Positions 40,137 through 50,701 of a DNA stretch of 64,000 bases are shown in pieces (the first letter of the stretch is position 1; each line of letters opens with the position of its first letter). Source of the DNA: Candidatus Poribacteria bacterium (lineage in GTDB: Bacteria; Poribacteria; WGA-4E; WGA-3G). Under the pieces are notes generated by a model. The model was not told where the DNA came from and did not search any database. It worked only from the letters and a program-made list of their open reading frames with translations. The translations under genes and the position numbers were made by a program. The stretch spans positions 7,470-71,469 of the forward strand of contig JAJECN010000035.1 of the NCBI GenBank assembly GCA_022821965.1, given 5' to 3'.

Positions 40137-40538
40137 TCAGATTTCCTCAGAAAATTCAGGAATTGTCAACAAGCCAGCAGTCCACAGAAACGCTCTATCT
40201 CGCTCAGTGAGTTCATTCAGACCCATCCACGCAATGTCAACAAGGATTTGATTCTCTTCTAATTCAGGGTCGCTTCCCAAGGACACTGCCTGTGTACCTA
40301 TCTCTATCAAATAGGTGTAGTATAGATCATCAGGTGCAAAGGTAACAACAGATGTTGGGCGGATCACTCTGCCCTGCACACGGCATTCCTCCCAAAGTTC
40401 TCTCAGTGCGGCTTGTTCCGGCGTTTCATCCGCTTCAATACGCCCACCGGGAAGGCACCACCACTCCTCTCCTTCATGGTGATGCTTGACCATCAGGATC
40501 TTTTTCTCCCTATGAACGATGCACTGTGCACGCGACAT
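40137..40538 (-). CDS. NUDIX hydrolase
   Basis: PGGRIEADETPEQAALRELWEE. Confidence 0.88.
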   Translation of the reverse strand: MSRAQCIVHREKKILMVKHHHEGEEWWCLPGGRIEADETPEQAALRELWEECRVQGRVIRPTSVVTFAPDDLYYTYLIEIGTQAVSLGSDPELEENQILVDIAWMGLNELTERDRAFLWTAGLLTIPEFSEEI

Positions 40539-40587
40539 TCACAACTCCTTCATCCAATATCCTATCGAAAATGTAAGAAAACCTCTT

Positions 40588-40656
40588 TCAAATCTTCAAA
40601 ATCTTGCTATACATGACCGCATCACCATCTGGATAGAAATCCTTCAAAACAGCCTC
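40588..40656 (-). pseudogene. C-terminal remnant of a probable GNAT acetyltransferase
   Basis: The minus strand translates as EAVLKDFYPDGDAVMYSKILKI*, resembling GNAT C-termini; there is no 5' part. Confidence 0.45.
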
Positions 40657-40695
40657 AGAACCTCTTGTAAATGGGGAGTAACTACGGACGCGCTG

Positions 40696-41598
40696 TTAGG
40701 TATCTGTTAATGTTTCCAGTCTGCGACAGGCTTTTAGCAATGCTTCTTGAATGTTTAGAAACTCAAGGGTGCCGGGCGGTAGTGGATATTTTGTAACGTC
40801 AAACGGCTCAAGCGGGTTATCAATCTTCCGCCTTGTAAAGGCGTAGAGAGCTTTCTGTTCCGATGTCGCTTTAACTACCTGTTCAAAAGGGAGGTCACAA
40901 TTGTTTCGCCACAACTGAGGTTCAACTGCATCAACCATCGCCTGAATTGGTGAAACCCGCTTTCCGTACTTTGAATTCAGAAAGCAAGCCAACCTCTCAG
41001 CTTGGACACGTGGATAATGCATAATATTTTCGTAACCAAGAAAAAGTCGATGCTGTGCATCTTCTGTGTGCTGCAGAATGAGCGTCATCATGTGCTGCCA
41101 ACGGAGCAAATTCATTGCGATAAAGGAAATACGGACTGGTACATTCGCTGGCATAATAAACTGCTGCCATGAGACTGCCGTGTCGAGAGGGTTACGAACC
41201 GTGATTATATAAACCGCATCGTCCCATATCTGTTTCCAAAACGGCAAAAAATGACTGAGGGCAGGATCTTTCCAAAACCAGGGACCTCCTTTGGACATTT
41301 CAGCCATCAGTTCAGTGGCTTTCTGTCTACACGCAGAATCAGCAGCCTTTTTCCTTATTCGCTGTTGGAAGTCGCTATCCCACCAAGTTGCTCCAGTATC
41401 AAAATCCCCTAACTCAGCAAGCAGATCCCACAAGGGCAGGAATTCCCAATATCCTCTGGGAGCATGGACATCAGCCTTGTGTAACTTCTCAAAAGGACCC
41501 GCATAAGCACCCCATCTGTGTAACATCTCAGCAACAACAGATGTTCCGCTACGTTCAACACCGAGCACGATAATCGGATGACTTTTGGAGTCAATCAT
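40696..41598 (-). CDS. Sulfotransferase family protein
   Basis: IVLGVERSGTS (5'-PSB), WKDP and VRNPLD (3'-PB) motifs. Confidence 0.85.
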   Translation of the reverse strand: MIDSKSHPIIVLGVERSGTSVVAEMLHRWGAYAGPFEKLHKADVHAPRGYWEFLPLWDLLAELGDFDTGATWWDSDFQQRIRKKAADSACRQKATELMAEMSKGGPWFWKDPALSHFLPFWKQIWDDAVYIITVRNPLDTAVSWQQFIMPANVPVRISFIAMNLLRWQHMMTLILQHTEDAQHRLFLGYENIMHYPRVQAERLACFLNSKYGKRVSPIQAMVDAVEPQLWRNNCDLPFEQVVKATSEQKALYAFTRRKIDNPLEPFDVTKYPLPPGTLEFLNIQEALLKACRRLETLTDT

Positions 41599-41829
41599 TC
41601 AAATGTCCTCAAGTATTTCGTCAATGATGCCTCATACCAACGTAAGTTGTACGATTTTTCTTGCAAGAAACCATTTTTGACTGTATGATAAAGGCTTATG
41701 AAGACGCTGTTATTTTTTCGGACTGTGCTTATTTAAAGTATAGCATCTTTCGTTGTTTTTCCCTAACAAAAACAGCGTTTCTAATTCCCACCACTGAAGG
41801 GTGGATGTAATAACATACGGAGGTAAGAA

Positions 41830-42588
41830 GTGAAACACAGCGTGAAAGTTATTATAGTTTTAGCCGTTGTCGTGAGTCTCTGGTCTACAAGCGCGTTCGC
41901 AGCGGATCTTACGGAAGGACTCGTCGGTTACTGGCCCCTTGATGGCAATGGAAATGACGAATCAGGTAATGGAAACGATGCCAAATTGGAAAAGGGCGCG
42001 AAATGGTCTGACGACGGTTGGGTGAACGGTGCCGTTGATTTTGATGGCGGTGGTGGACACGTCGTCGTTGATAATACGTTTGAATTGACAACAACCGCAA
42101 TCACGGTAATCGCCCGGATCAACGGTTGGAAAACGATAGATTGGTCAGGAATTGTCGTCGGTCGAAGTGATCCAGCATCGTGGTGGATGGATGTTGCTGC
42201 GAATAATACCCTAACCTACGTATGGAACAACAATTCCGCACTGACGTGGAACTGGCAAGGCGCACCAGAAATCCCGGAAAATAAATGGGCGTTGGTCGCG
42301 ATAGCAATTGAACCTGCTAAAGCAACGAGTTACATTTATCACAGAGACAGGGACAAACTTGATTCTGAGGTAAACGACATTCCCCATATCGAGCAGACGG
42401 TTCGGAATTTAAAGTTCGGGTGGGATGAATGCTGCGGTGCCAGATACTTCAAAGGGCTGATTGACGAAGTAATGATCTATGACCGGACGTTGAACGCCGA
42501 TGACCTTAAAAGATTGGCAACTGTCGGGCTGCCTGTCGAGAGTAAAGGGAAACTCGCAATCACTTGGGCAGCACTCAAACAAGATTAG
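41830..42588 (+). CDS. Secreted LamG/concanavalin A-like domain protein
   Basis: Signal peptide; GLVGYWPLD and FKGLIDEVMIYDRTL motifs; C-terminal PVESKGKLAITWAALK. Confidence 0.9.
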   Translation: MKHSVKVIIVLAVVVSLWSTSAFAADLTEGLVGYWPLDGNGNDESGNGNDAKLEKGAKWSDDGWVNGAVDFDGGGGHVVVDNTFELTTTAITVIARINGWKTIDWSGIVVGRSDPASWWMDVAANNTLTYVWNNNSALTWNWQGAPEIPENKWALVAIAIEPAKATSYIYHRDRDKLDSEVNDIPHIEQTVRNLKFGWDECCGARYFKGLIDEVMIYDRTLNADDLKRLATVGLPVESKGKLAITWAALKQD

Positions 42589-42722
42589 TTATCGGTTATC
42601 AGTTATCAGTTGTCAGTGAAGAGGAGATTTTGTAACAATCATCGCCACTTTGGGACAAGCCCATGTGAAGTGAATTATTACCAGAAAACCTCTTAACCGA
42701 ACGCCACAGACTGACAACTGAC
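42588..42722. repeat. Heptamer tandem repeats with an inverted partner
   Basis: GTTATCG GTTATCA GTTATCA GTTGTCA GT at 42588-42617; ACTGACAACTGAC at 42710-42722. Confidence 0.7.
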
Positions 42723-42744
42723 CCCCTAAAGGATAACCTCCAAT

Positions 42745-44490
42745 TTGGAAAAAATCCCTTTCAGGCAATATGCCGCACTTCTTTCACAGTACCTGAAACC
42801 GCAGTGGGTGCGTATGACCCTACTCGCTGTGTTTATATTGGCTGGGGTCGGTTTAAACCTTGTTAAACCACAGATTCTGCGCTACTTTTTTGACACAGCA
42901 GAAGCAGGTGGAGAGACACGGAACTTACTGATCGCTGCCGGTCTTCTGTACATTGCTGTAAGCTTCTTCAGGCAAGTTGTAACGTTAGTCAGCTCTTACC
43001 TTGGGCAAGATGTCGGCTGGCGAGCGACAAATCAGATGCGGGGTGATCTCGCACACCACTGTCTGCAACTTGACATGCCGTTCCATCATGAACACACCCC
43101 TGGTGAAATGGTAGAACGCGTTGACGGAGATACGACGGCTCTCTCAAATTTCTTTTCTGAATTCATACTTCAGGTAATAGGAAGCTTTTTGCTGCTCGGT
43201 GGCGCGCTGGCTTTGGTCATTCGTGAAGATTGGCGGATCGGTATTGCACTGACCGGCTTTGTGATAGTTGCTATCCTGATTTACAATCTCACCCGAAACG
43301 TTGCCGTTCCCACCTACACAGCTGAACGAGAAGGTTACGCCAGACTCTTCGGATTTCTCGAAGAACGTCTAACAGGCGTTGAGGACCTGCGCACAAACGG
43401 TGGCATCAACTATACAATGGATCGGTTTTACGATGTCAACCGTGATGTGTACGGTCAAGCCGTAAAAGCACACGTGATGGGCGAGGTTTTACGGATGATT
43501 AGCGGCGTTCTACTCGCCTTCGGGCAGGTACTGACGATGGCGATAAGTATCTATCTGTTCAGGGAAGGGGTATTCACAATCGGGACCGTCCTTCTTGTTA
43601 TCCAATACGTAGTCATGCTGCGAGGTCCGTTGGTCATGATGAACCGTCAGATTAACGATCTCCAACGGGCAACCGCTGGCTTGAAACGGATTGAAGAATT
43701 TTATCGGGTCACCTCAAACATTGTAGATGGAACGGAAGCACTTTCGACCTCAGAAGCACTTGGTATTGAATTTGACGCGGTCACATTCGGGTACACCGAA
43801 GATGAATCTGTTCTGAAAGATGTTTCCTTCCAATTACAACCCGGCAAGTCACTCGGCTTATTGGGACGCACAGGTAGCGGTAAGACGACAATCACCCGCC
43901 TTCTATTCCGACTGTATGAGATTAACAACGGTCAAATTCGGATTGGAAACAAATCAATTGAGGATATTCAGTTGGAAGACTTGCGCAACCAGATCGGTCT
44001 GGTCACACAGGACGTGCAACTCTTCAATGCAACGGTGCGCCAGAACCTAACGCTCTTTGATACCGGAATTTCCGATGACCGGATTTTGTCAGTGATTGAA
44101 GAATTAGGGCTATCAGAGTGGTACCAATCCCTACCAAATGGACTTGACACACTTCTTGAAGGTACCGGGCTTTCCGCAGGCGAAGCGCAGCTGCTGGCAT
44201 TTGCAAGGGTCTTCCTTAAAGATCCGAAGATTGTCATTCTTGATGAACCCTCCTCACGACTTGACCCAGCAACGGAACAACGCATTGACAACGCAGTCCG
44301 GCGATTGTTAAAGGGGCGGACCAGCATCATTATTGCGCATCGGCTTGGAACGGTCCAACAGGTGGACGAAATTATGATTCTTGCCGATGGAGAGATTGAA
44401 GAATACGACGAACGAAAGCGGCTCGTCCAAAATCCTGACTCCACCTTCTCGCAGCTGCTAAAAACTGGACTCGAGGAGATGATCCAATGA
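42745..44490 (+). CDS. ABC exporter, TMD-NBD subunit 1
   Basis: [15 protein letters not shown] and ILDEP motifs. Confidence 0.93.
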   Translation: MEKIPFRQYAALLSQYLKPQWVRMTLLAVFILAGVGLNLVKPQILRYFFDTAEAGGETRNLLIAAGLLYIAVSFFRQVVTLVSSYLGQDVGWRATNQMRGDLAHHCLQLDMPFHHEHTPGEMVERVDGDTTALSNFFSEFILQVIGSFLLLGGALALVIREDWRIGIALTGFVIVAILIYNLTRNVAVPTYTAEREGYARLFGFLEERLTGVEDLRTNGGINYTMDRFYDVNRDVYGQAVKAHVMGEVLRMISGVLLAFGQVLTMAISIYLFREGVFTIGTVLLVIQYVVMLRGPLVMMNRQINDLQRATAGLKRIEEFYRVTSNIVDGTEALSTSEALGIEFDAVTFGYTEDESVLKDVSFQLQPGKSLGLLGRTGSGKTTITRLLFRLYEINNGQIRIGNKSIEDIQLEDLRNQIGLVTQDVQLFNATVRQNLTLFDTGISDDRILSVIEELGLSEWYQSLPNGLDTLLEGTGLSAGEAQLLAFARVFLKDPKIVILDEPSSRLDPATEQRIDNAVRRLLKGRTSIIIAHRLGTVQQVDEIMILADGEIEEYDERKRLVQNPDSTFSQLLKTGLEEMIQ

Positions 44491-46238
44491 CAACAGGGCA
44501 AGCCTCAATTCGCCTCATGCGCTACCGTCCGCTCCTCTTTCTCGGGACCATTCTGTTCCGTGGATTAGACGATCTAATGCCTTTCGTTGTCGGCATCATT
44601 ATGAAGGCATTTTTTGACGCGCTCTCCGGCGAATCGGCAGCTGGAGCCAACCCTTGGACATTTGTTGCGCTCTTCGTTGTTGCCGAATTTGGTGACCGCG
44701 GTGTCCTCATATCCTCTGCGTTCGTATGGGCGCGCTGGCGTTACGCTATTTCAACACTGCTCCGAAAAAATCTGATGATATCTATCATGAACATGTCCGC
44801 GCCACATAGTGTCTCAACAGCCTCTGGCGAAGTGACAAACCGGCTGCGAGATGATGTTGAAGCGATTATAAGCTATCTGGAACAGTACATCCATTTGTGG
44901 GGCAATCTCATCTTCGCGACGTTGGCAATTATCTGGATGGCTCGGATAGATGTAGCAATAACGGCTATCACGGTTATCCCGGCTATTCTCATTATTACAA
45001 TCGTCAACATGTCAAGGCGGTATATTCAGCGGTATCGCGCAGCGCAGCGCGTTGCTACGGAACAGTCAACTAACTTCATCAACGAAATGTTCCAATCCAT
45101 CTTGGCAGTGAAGGTCGCACGGACAGAGTCAAATGTAATCACACACTTTCGGGAGCTAAACGATGCGCGCCGCAAGGCGACACTGGTGGATAACCTGTTC
45201 AATCAGCTCCTACGATCCATCAGTTTCAATATGAACGACTTTGCCGCTGGCCTGGTTTTGATTCTGATTGTGGAACAGGTGGCTGCAGGGACGTTTTCAG
45301 TTGGAGACTTCGTGTTGTTCTATGCCTACATCGGCGAAGTCGCGAGAAGTGGATCACTCATCGGCAGTACAATGGCACAACACCAACGCGCAGAGGTCTC
45401 GTTCTCCCGTATGGAACAGACCGTTGACGAAATGCCTCGAGAAGACTTAGTAGCACACACTCCGGTATATCTGCGAGAAAACCAACCGCCACTTTCTATC
45501 CCTCAGAAGACGGCAACGGATCGGCTGAATGAACTTACCGTTGACGGGCTTACATACCTCTACGACGGCGACGCATCTGGAATTGCCGAGGTTGACTTGA
45601 AAATCCCAGCAGGTTCGTTCACCGTTGTTACCGGACAGATCGGTTCAGGTAAAACGACACTGGTGCAAGCACTCTTGGGTGTCCTACCGAAACAGGCTGG
45701 CGAGATCCGCTGGAACGGCGAAATCGTTGAGGATCCGAAGTCATTTTTCGTCCCACCGCGTTGTGCGTACACACCGCAAACGCCGAAACTCTTCAGCGAA
45801 AAACTGAGTGCTAACATTCTCATGGGTTTGCCGTGGGATTGGGATACCCTCAATCAAGCGATTCGGCTCGGTGTCATGGAGCAGGATCTGCCGACGCTTG
45901 AAGACGGTCTCGAAACCGTTGTTGGACCGCGCGGTGTGAAACTATCCGGTGGACAGATGCAGCGCACAGCGGCAGCACGGATGTTTATCCGAGACTCGGA
46001 GCTTCTCGTCTTTGACGATCTCTCATCTGGACTGGACGTAGAGACGGAACAGACCTTATGGGAACGTCTTTTTGAAACGACGCGGGCGACGTGCCTTGTC
46101 GTTTCTCATCGGCGACCTGCACTGCGTCGGGCGGATCAGATCGTTGTTCTAAAAGAGGGTCGCGTTGAGGCAGTCGGCACGTTGGACGAACTGCTTGTCT
46201 CTTCCGAAGAGATGCGGAAGTTATGGGCAAGCGATTGA
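44487..46238 (+). CDS. ABC exporter, TMD-NBD subunit 2
   Basis: [13 protein letters not shown] and VFDD (degenerate Walker B, typical of heterodimers); ATGA overlap. Confidence 0.93.
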   Translation: MTTGQASIRLMRYRPLLFLGTILFRGLDDLMPFVVGIIMKAFFDALSGESAAGANPWTFVALFVVAEFGDRGVLISSAFVWARWRYAISTLLRKNLMISIMNMSAPHSVSTASGEVTNRLRDDVEAIISYLEQYIHLWGNLIFATLAIIWMARIDVAITAITVIPAILIITIVNMSRRYIQRYRAAQRVATEQSTNFINEMFQSILAVKVARTESNVITHFRELNDARRKATLVDNLFNQLLRSISFNMNDFAAGLVLILIVEQVAAGTFSVGDFVLFYAYIGEVARSGSLIGSTMAQHQRAEVSFSRMEQTVDEMPREDLVAHTPVYLRENQPPLSIPQKTATDRLNELTVDGLTYLYDGDASGIAEVDLKIPAGSFTVVTGQIGSGKTTLVQALLGVLPKQAGEIRWNGEIVEDPKSFFVPPRCAYTPQTPKLFSEKLSANILMGLPWDWDTLNQAIRLGVMEQDLPTLEDGLETVVGPRGVKLSGGQMQRTAAARMFIRDSELLVFDDLSSGLDVETEQTLWERLFETTRATCLVVSHRRPALRRADQIVVLKEGRVEAVGTLDELLVSSEEMRKLWASD

Positions 46239-46320
46239 AGTTACGTCAGGATTATTTACTTTTCCGATTTGGAAACTCATTTTCAGTACCAACTTCTATT
46301 ACTGATACGCAGGGGTCCTT

Positions 46321-46346
46321 GTAGCATAGGCTGTTAGCTTGTGCAT
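46321..46346 (+). repeat. GTAG REP
   Basis: GTAGCATAGGCTGTTAGCTTGTGCAT is the same family as 59301-59408. Confidence 0.7.
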
Positions 46347-46460
46347 TCAGGTGCCGTTAATGTAATATAAATTTTTAGAAATGGTATTACATACCCCGCG
46401 ATCACTGGATTTGATAATCACCTTGAAATATGTTATACTTGGACTAAAAGGAGAATTCGC

Positions 46461-47246
46461 ATGGTTACCCGGAGAGAGATTCAAGCAACATGTGATGACA
46501 TCGTGCGTGAGTTCGCACCGCTACAAGTTATTCTCTTTGGCTCTTATGCGTATGGCACACCGACTGAAGACTCGGATGTGGATCTCCTTATAGTGATGGA
46601 TATTCCCAAGTCGGAGTTTCGCAATAAGGCTGCAGAGATCCAGCAACGCATCCCGGACCGCTTCCGCATGGACGTGTTGGTGCGTTCTCCCGAAGAACTT
46701 GCTTATCGGGTCTCACATAACGATTGGTTTCTTCGTGAGATCACCGAAAGAGGAGAGTTGCTCCACGGTCCCAATATACATGCCAATACAAAAGAGATGC
46801 AAGCCGAAATCGGTGTTGGAAATCTTTCTCAAGTGAACGCTGCCAAAGAGGAGAAAGGCTGCATGAATCCATTGACGCTGGAATGGATAGAGAAGGCTGA
46901 AGGCGATTATATTACAACACAGAAACTTCTACCCACAACAAATCCGCAACTGTATGATATTATCTGCTTTCATGCACAACAGTGTATTGAAAAGTATCTC
47001 AAGGCATGGTTACAAGAGGCAAATGTCCCTGTTCCAAGGACGCATAACCTTGAAGAATTACTGGCGTTGATTGTGCCGACCTTGCCTGTGTGGAGCAAAT
47101 GGCAGCCTGATTTTAAGATAATCACCGAATACGCAGTCGAATCTCGCTATCCTGGAGATTCAGCAACTGCCGATAATACAAAACACGCGATGCATATCTG
47201 CGATGAGGTGCGTCAAACTGTTCGTACACTGCTGAATCAAAATTGA
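46461..47246 (+). CDS. Fused MNT nucleotidyltransferase-HEPN protein
   Basis: LFGSYAYG...DSDVDLL (MNT), then FHAQQCIEKYLKA, PRTHNL and SRYPG (HEPN). Confidence 0.88.
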   Translation: MVTRREIQATCDDIVREFAPLQVILFGSYAYGTPTEDSDVDLLIVMDIPKSEFRNKAAEIQQRIPDRFRMDVLVRSPEELAYRVSHNDWFLREITERGELLHGPNIHANTKEMQAEIGVGNLSQVNAAKEEKGCMNPLTLEWIEKAEGDYITTQKLLPTTNPQLYDIICFHAQQCIEKYLKAWLQEANVPVPRTHNLEELLALIVPTLPVWSKWQPDFKIITEYAVESRYPGDSATADNTKHAMHICDEVRQTVRTLLNQN

Positions 47247-47283
47247 AAAAATAAGCACCTACATTTGAATCGAGGAAAACACC

Positions 47284-48816
47284 GTGAATTCAAACACCGT
47301 TCACACACTTGACCCCGGCACAGAACTGTTCGTTGATGACATGCTGATTGCTTCAAAGCAAGGCGTGACACGCACACTACATCAGGGCGTGAAGCACGAT
47401 GTCCCCGTTCTTGAACCAGATCCCGATAACCCGTGGGAACACGGCGGACCCGACCAGTCCAGGCGCGTACACCTCTACGGCACCACGATGTACGATGCGG
47501 CGTACGGGAAATACCGCATGTGGTATATGTGTCGTATGGGACCGCACTGGCGATTTGAAGCGAACGAGATTCCGGGACTTTACGTCCCACGTACTGATCG
47601 AAATCCGTCAACATATAGGGGAAAGACACACGATGCTTACGGACGAAAGTTCGTCGAAAACGACCGCGGCGACCTTACCTGCTACGCAGAAAGCGATGAT
47701 GGATTGACGTGGACGAAACCGAACCTTGGTCTCTTTGAATTCAACGGAAACCCAAACAACAATATCGTGTGGGACCTCCACGGTGCCTGTGTCTTCCGCG
47801 ATGACGACGAATCGGATCCGCAGAGACGGTATAAGATGATCGGTTTTTGTAGACGGTATCGCAACATCTTCCTGCTCATGTCACCCGATGGCATCCGATG
47901 GGACGACTCAGATTTCCTCAAACCGATTGCGGATCGGGACAACGAAGGCGCGTTCAATGTCATCTACGATAAAAAAACAGATCTATTCCGAGCCTATGCC
48001 CTCATACGTGGTGACGATAAAGACGCAAGACGTATGATCGCATACACCGAAAGCCAGCGTCTTGAAGGACCCTGGAAACCGCTCGAACCGATGTTCGGTG
48101 CCACGGATGAAGACGACGCAGTTGGTATACAGAGATACGGTGCTGACCGTGCCGAAATCCACAATATGTCTGGCTTCCTCTATCATAACATCTACATCGG
48201 TATCCCCGGTGTGTTATATGTGACGGGACCAGGTGCAGCAGAACATGAGATTCCTATCGATGGACCGATTGATGCACAACTTGTTAGCAGCCGAGACGGA
48301 TTTAATTGGGACTATCCCGATGCCAACCGAACCCCGATTATCCCACGTGGTGAGAGCGGCACATTCGACACCGGTATGATTATGGGAACCGCTATAGAAC
48401 CGATCATCACCGACGATGAAATTCACTGGTACTATACAGGGACAGAACATACCCACGGTGCCCAGATGAAAGATAGACACAAAGCGATCGGGCTTGCGAA
48501 GTGGCGATTAGACGGTTTCGTCTCGCTTGATGCCGAGGTGGAGGAAGGGGTCGTTGAAACCGTCCCATTGCAGCTTCCGAACGGAGGGCTTGAAATTAAC
48601 GCGGATGCGAGTGGCGGCCAGGTCGGTGTTGAAGTGTTAACCGCTGATGGACAGGTTCAACAAGGATTTTCGATTGATGATTGTGTCCCGTTGACAGGAG
48701 ATAATGTCCGACACCCAGTGCGATGGAAGTCGGCGACATTAGCGGATACCACACAACCCCTGCGACTCCGTTTTGTCCTGAACCGTGCCAGACTTTACGC
48801 CTTCCGTATCGAGTAG
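47284..48816 (+). CDS. Glycoside hydrolase-like five-bladed propeller protein (GH32/43-like)
   Basis: ELFVDD, YAESDDGLTWTKP, SRDGFNW and RLDGFVSL motifs. Confidence 0.7.
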   Translation: MNSNTVHTLDPGTELFVDDMLIASKQGVTRTLHQGVKHDVPVLEPDPDNPWEHGGPDQSRRVHLYGTTMYDAAYGKYRMWYMCRMGPHWRFEANEIPGLYVPRTDRNPSTYRGKTHDAYGRKFVENDRGDLTCYAESDDGLTWTKPNLGLFEFNGNPNNNIVWDLHGACVFRDDDESDPQRRYKMIGFCRRYRNIFLLMSPDGIRWDDSDFLKPIADRDNEGAFNVIYDKKTDLFRAYALIRGDDKDARRMIAYTESQRLEGPWKPLEPMFGATDEDDAVGIQRYGADRAEIHNMSGFLYHNIYIGIPGVLYVTGPGAAEHEIPIDGPIDAQLVSSRDGFNWDYPDANRTPIIPRGESGTFDTGMIMGTAIEPIITDDEIHWYYTGTEHTHGAQMKDRHKAIGLAKWRLDGFVSLDAEVEEGVVETVPLQLPNGGLEINADASGGQVGVEVLTADGQVQQGFSIDDCVPLTGDNVRHPVRWKSATLADTTQPLRLRFVLNRARLYAFRIE

Positions 48817-48840
48817 GGACGAGGTCACCTCGCCCCTACA
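48813..48840 (+). repeat. GTAG REP whose TAG supplies the stop codon
   Basis: GTAGGGACGAGGTCACCTCGCCCCTACA. Confidence 0.75.
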
Positions 48841-48867
48841 TTAGAATCATAACAGGAGTTGAGAAAA

Positions 48868-49281
48868 ATGAGACACACTACGCAAATTGAACTCGAAAAT
48901 CTATACGACCTAGTTGCCGTAAAGTTAGGTGTTATGAATTCCGAAGAGGTGCGGCGACTGACTGTCCCAGATGCTCTCGTTGATACAGGGGCAACGGGAC
49001 TCTGCCTACCGACATCGGTCATTGAGCAACTTGGTCTCACCCCTATTGAAACGAGGCGAGCACGTACCGCTACCGGCCTCGTTGACCGCGTCCTTTATTC
49101 GGAAGTCCAATTTACAATATTGGAACGAACAGGGACGATGCAGATTACCGATCTGCCTGAGGGTTCACCTATCCTTGTCGGGCATATGGTATTGGAGCAC
49201 CTGGACCTCTGTGTTGATATAAAAGAAGGGTTAATCTATAATCCAGCACACGATGGTGAATGGATTACAGAGATCCTCTGA
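48868..49281 (+). CDS. Clan AA aspartic protease (paralogue of 676-1089)
   Basis: DALVDTGATGLCLP is identical to the first copy. Confidence 0.85.
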   Translation: MRHTTQIELENLYDLVAVKLGVMNSEEVRRLTVPDALVDTGATGLCLPTSVIEQLGLTPIETRRARTATGLVDRVLYSEVQFTILERTGTMQITDLPEGSPILVGHMVLEHLDLCVDIKEGLIYNPAHDGEWITEIL

Positions 49282-49390
49282 TAACCGGCATCAGGTATTT
49301 AACCGTATTATCTGTAATTACTTTCCAACGTCTGGGTCTAATTCCTTCTATAATTAAACAGCTTGAATTTCCTCGCCAAAGGAGAAGTGA

Positions 49391-50530
49391 ATGGATACGT
49401 TATCAACACACAGAGACTCCCCGGAGAATCGTGTGGCCAACCTGTTGAAACTGGAAGTCCTTGAAGCGTTTGACCGGACTGCGTTTGAGCGCGATGGATA
49501 TTGGGTGTGGGAAGGGATACTAACGGATGCTGCCCGTAAGCAGTGGACAGCCAGCTTACAGAAGTTACAACAGATGAACGATGCGATCCTCATGGATACG
49601 GAGTGGAGTGCTATCGACTTTGAGGCGCGGGGGTTTCCGCAGCCTTTGCCAGAACAAATTGCGCCGGCGTTTTTGGCGGCGTGCTGCGGTGGTTCAGAGC
49701 AAATGCCCAGTTTCCTCAGAACCGCTGAATTGCGTCAATATATGCATACTCAGGGGCTGTTCGGACCGGGCAACGCGTTGGTCACACATGGGTTCAAGTC
49801 ACAAGGTGTCATGCCGGAATACTTTCCTGCAGGATACGACGACTTTATAATGGATGTGACATCTGCTCATCCGCAGATGATGGCACTCTTCAGGAAACTT
49901 TTCGGAGACCGATTTATACTCGATCACTGCTTCATGCTCAACCGGGCACCGGGTTCAAAAGGGCGCCGGTGGCATGCACACCAGTATCGGGAGGGACAAT
50001 ACGAAGTTGAGGACCCGATTGGGACTGGACACGCCTTTACCACTGATTTTCTACAACGGCAGTGTATTCGGACCTTGTGCTATCCAGAAGGTGCAACTAT
50101 CGAGGATGGCGGCGAACTCGCGATTATCCCCGGGGCACATCTCTATCGGATTCCGTACAAATGGAGCACGGAACGACCCGATGATGACGCTGCCATGAAA
50201 GCGGGCTGGCTGAAAGGCAAACTTCACGCTTTCACAGGGAAGCCGTTGGAAATCGTACACCTCTCACTACCGCCCGGAAGCATGGTTTCGTTTGTCCATC
50301 ACATGCCACATTATGTCGGCTATCGGAAGCCAGGGATGCCGACCCGATGGGGACTGCTTATGGCGTATCGAACGCCCGACTCAGAAGCAGATCCAGCCAA
50401 ATGGACAAATGGCATTCCGACCCATTGGGTGGAACAGGCCGCGGCCCAAGGAAAACTACCCGCTGCGGCACAGCGTGTATTTGAGGCAGATAATCCCCTC
50501 AATATGGACCCACAGAGTCTTAACGAATAA
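49391..50530 (+). CDS. PhyH-like Fe/2OG dioxygenase-fold protein
   Basis: FERDGYWVWEGIL, RWHAH, GGELAIIPGAH and PPGSMV..HH.PH motifs. Confidence 0.75.
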   Translation: MDTLSTHRDSPENRVANLLKLEVLEAFDRTAFERDGYWVWEGILTDAARKQWTASLQKLQQMNDAILMDTEWSAIDFEARGFPQPLPEQIAPAFLAACCGGSEQMPSFLRTAELRQYMHTQGLFGPGNALVTHGFKSQGVMPEYFPAGYDDFIMDVTSAHPQMMALFRKLFGDRFILDHCFMLNRAPGSKGRRWHAHQYREGQYEVEDPIGTGHAFTTDFLQRQCIRTLCYPEGATIEDGGELAIIPGAHLYRIPYKWSTERPDDDAAMKAGWLKGKLHAFTGKPLEIVHLSLPPGSMVSFVHHMPHYVGYRKPGMPTRWGLLMAYRTPDSEADPAKWTNGIPTHWVEQAAAQGKLPAAAQRVFEADNPLNMDPQSLNE

Positions 50531-50701
50531 GATTACCTTATTGGGAGGTCCCACCTCAAGGTAGAAACCGGGAGATTTCGAGTCCGGTGTTTCCGTATGC
50601 AAGACGTTCCATTTTACCCACCTTTACTCTAAAAGCCCATTTTCCTTGTACCATTGGGCGTTTGGATACAAAGCCATAATGGATACCTCTAATTTTATTA
50701 T

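Noticed and set aside
32051-41598. Integron cassette array
   Set aside because: There is no integrase, I could not identify attC-like sites, and several genes abut or overlap.
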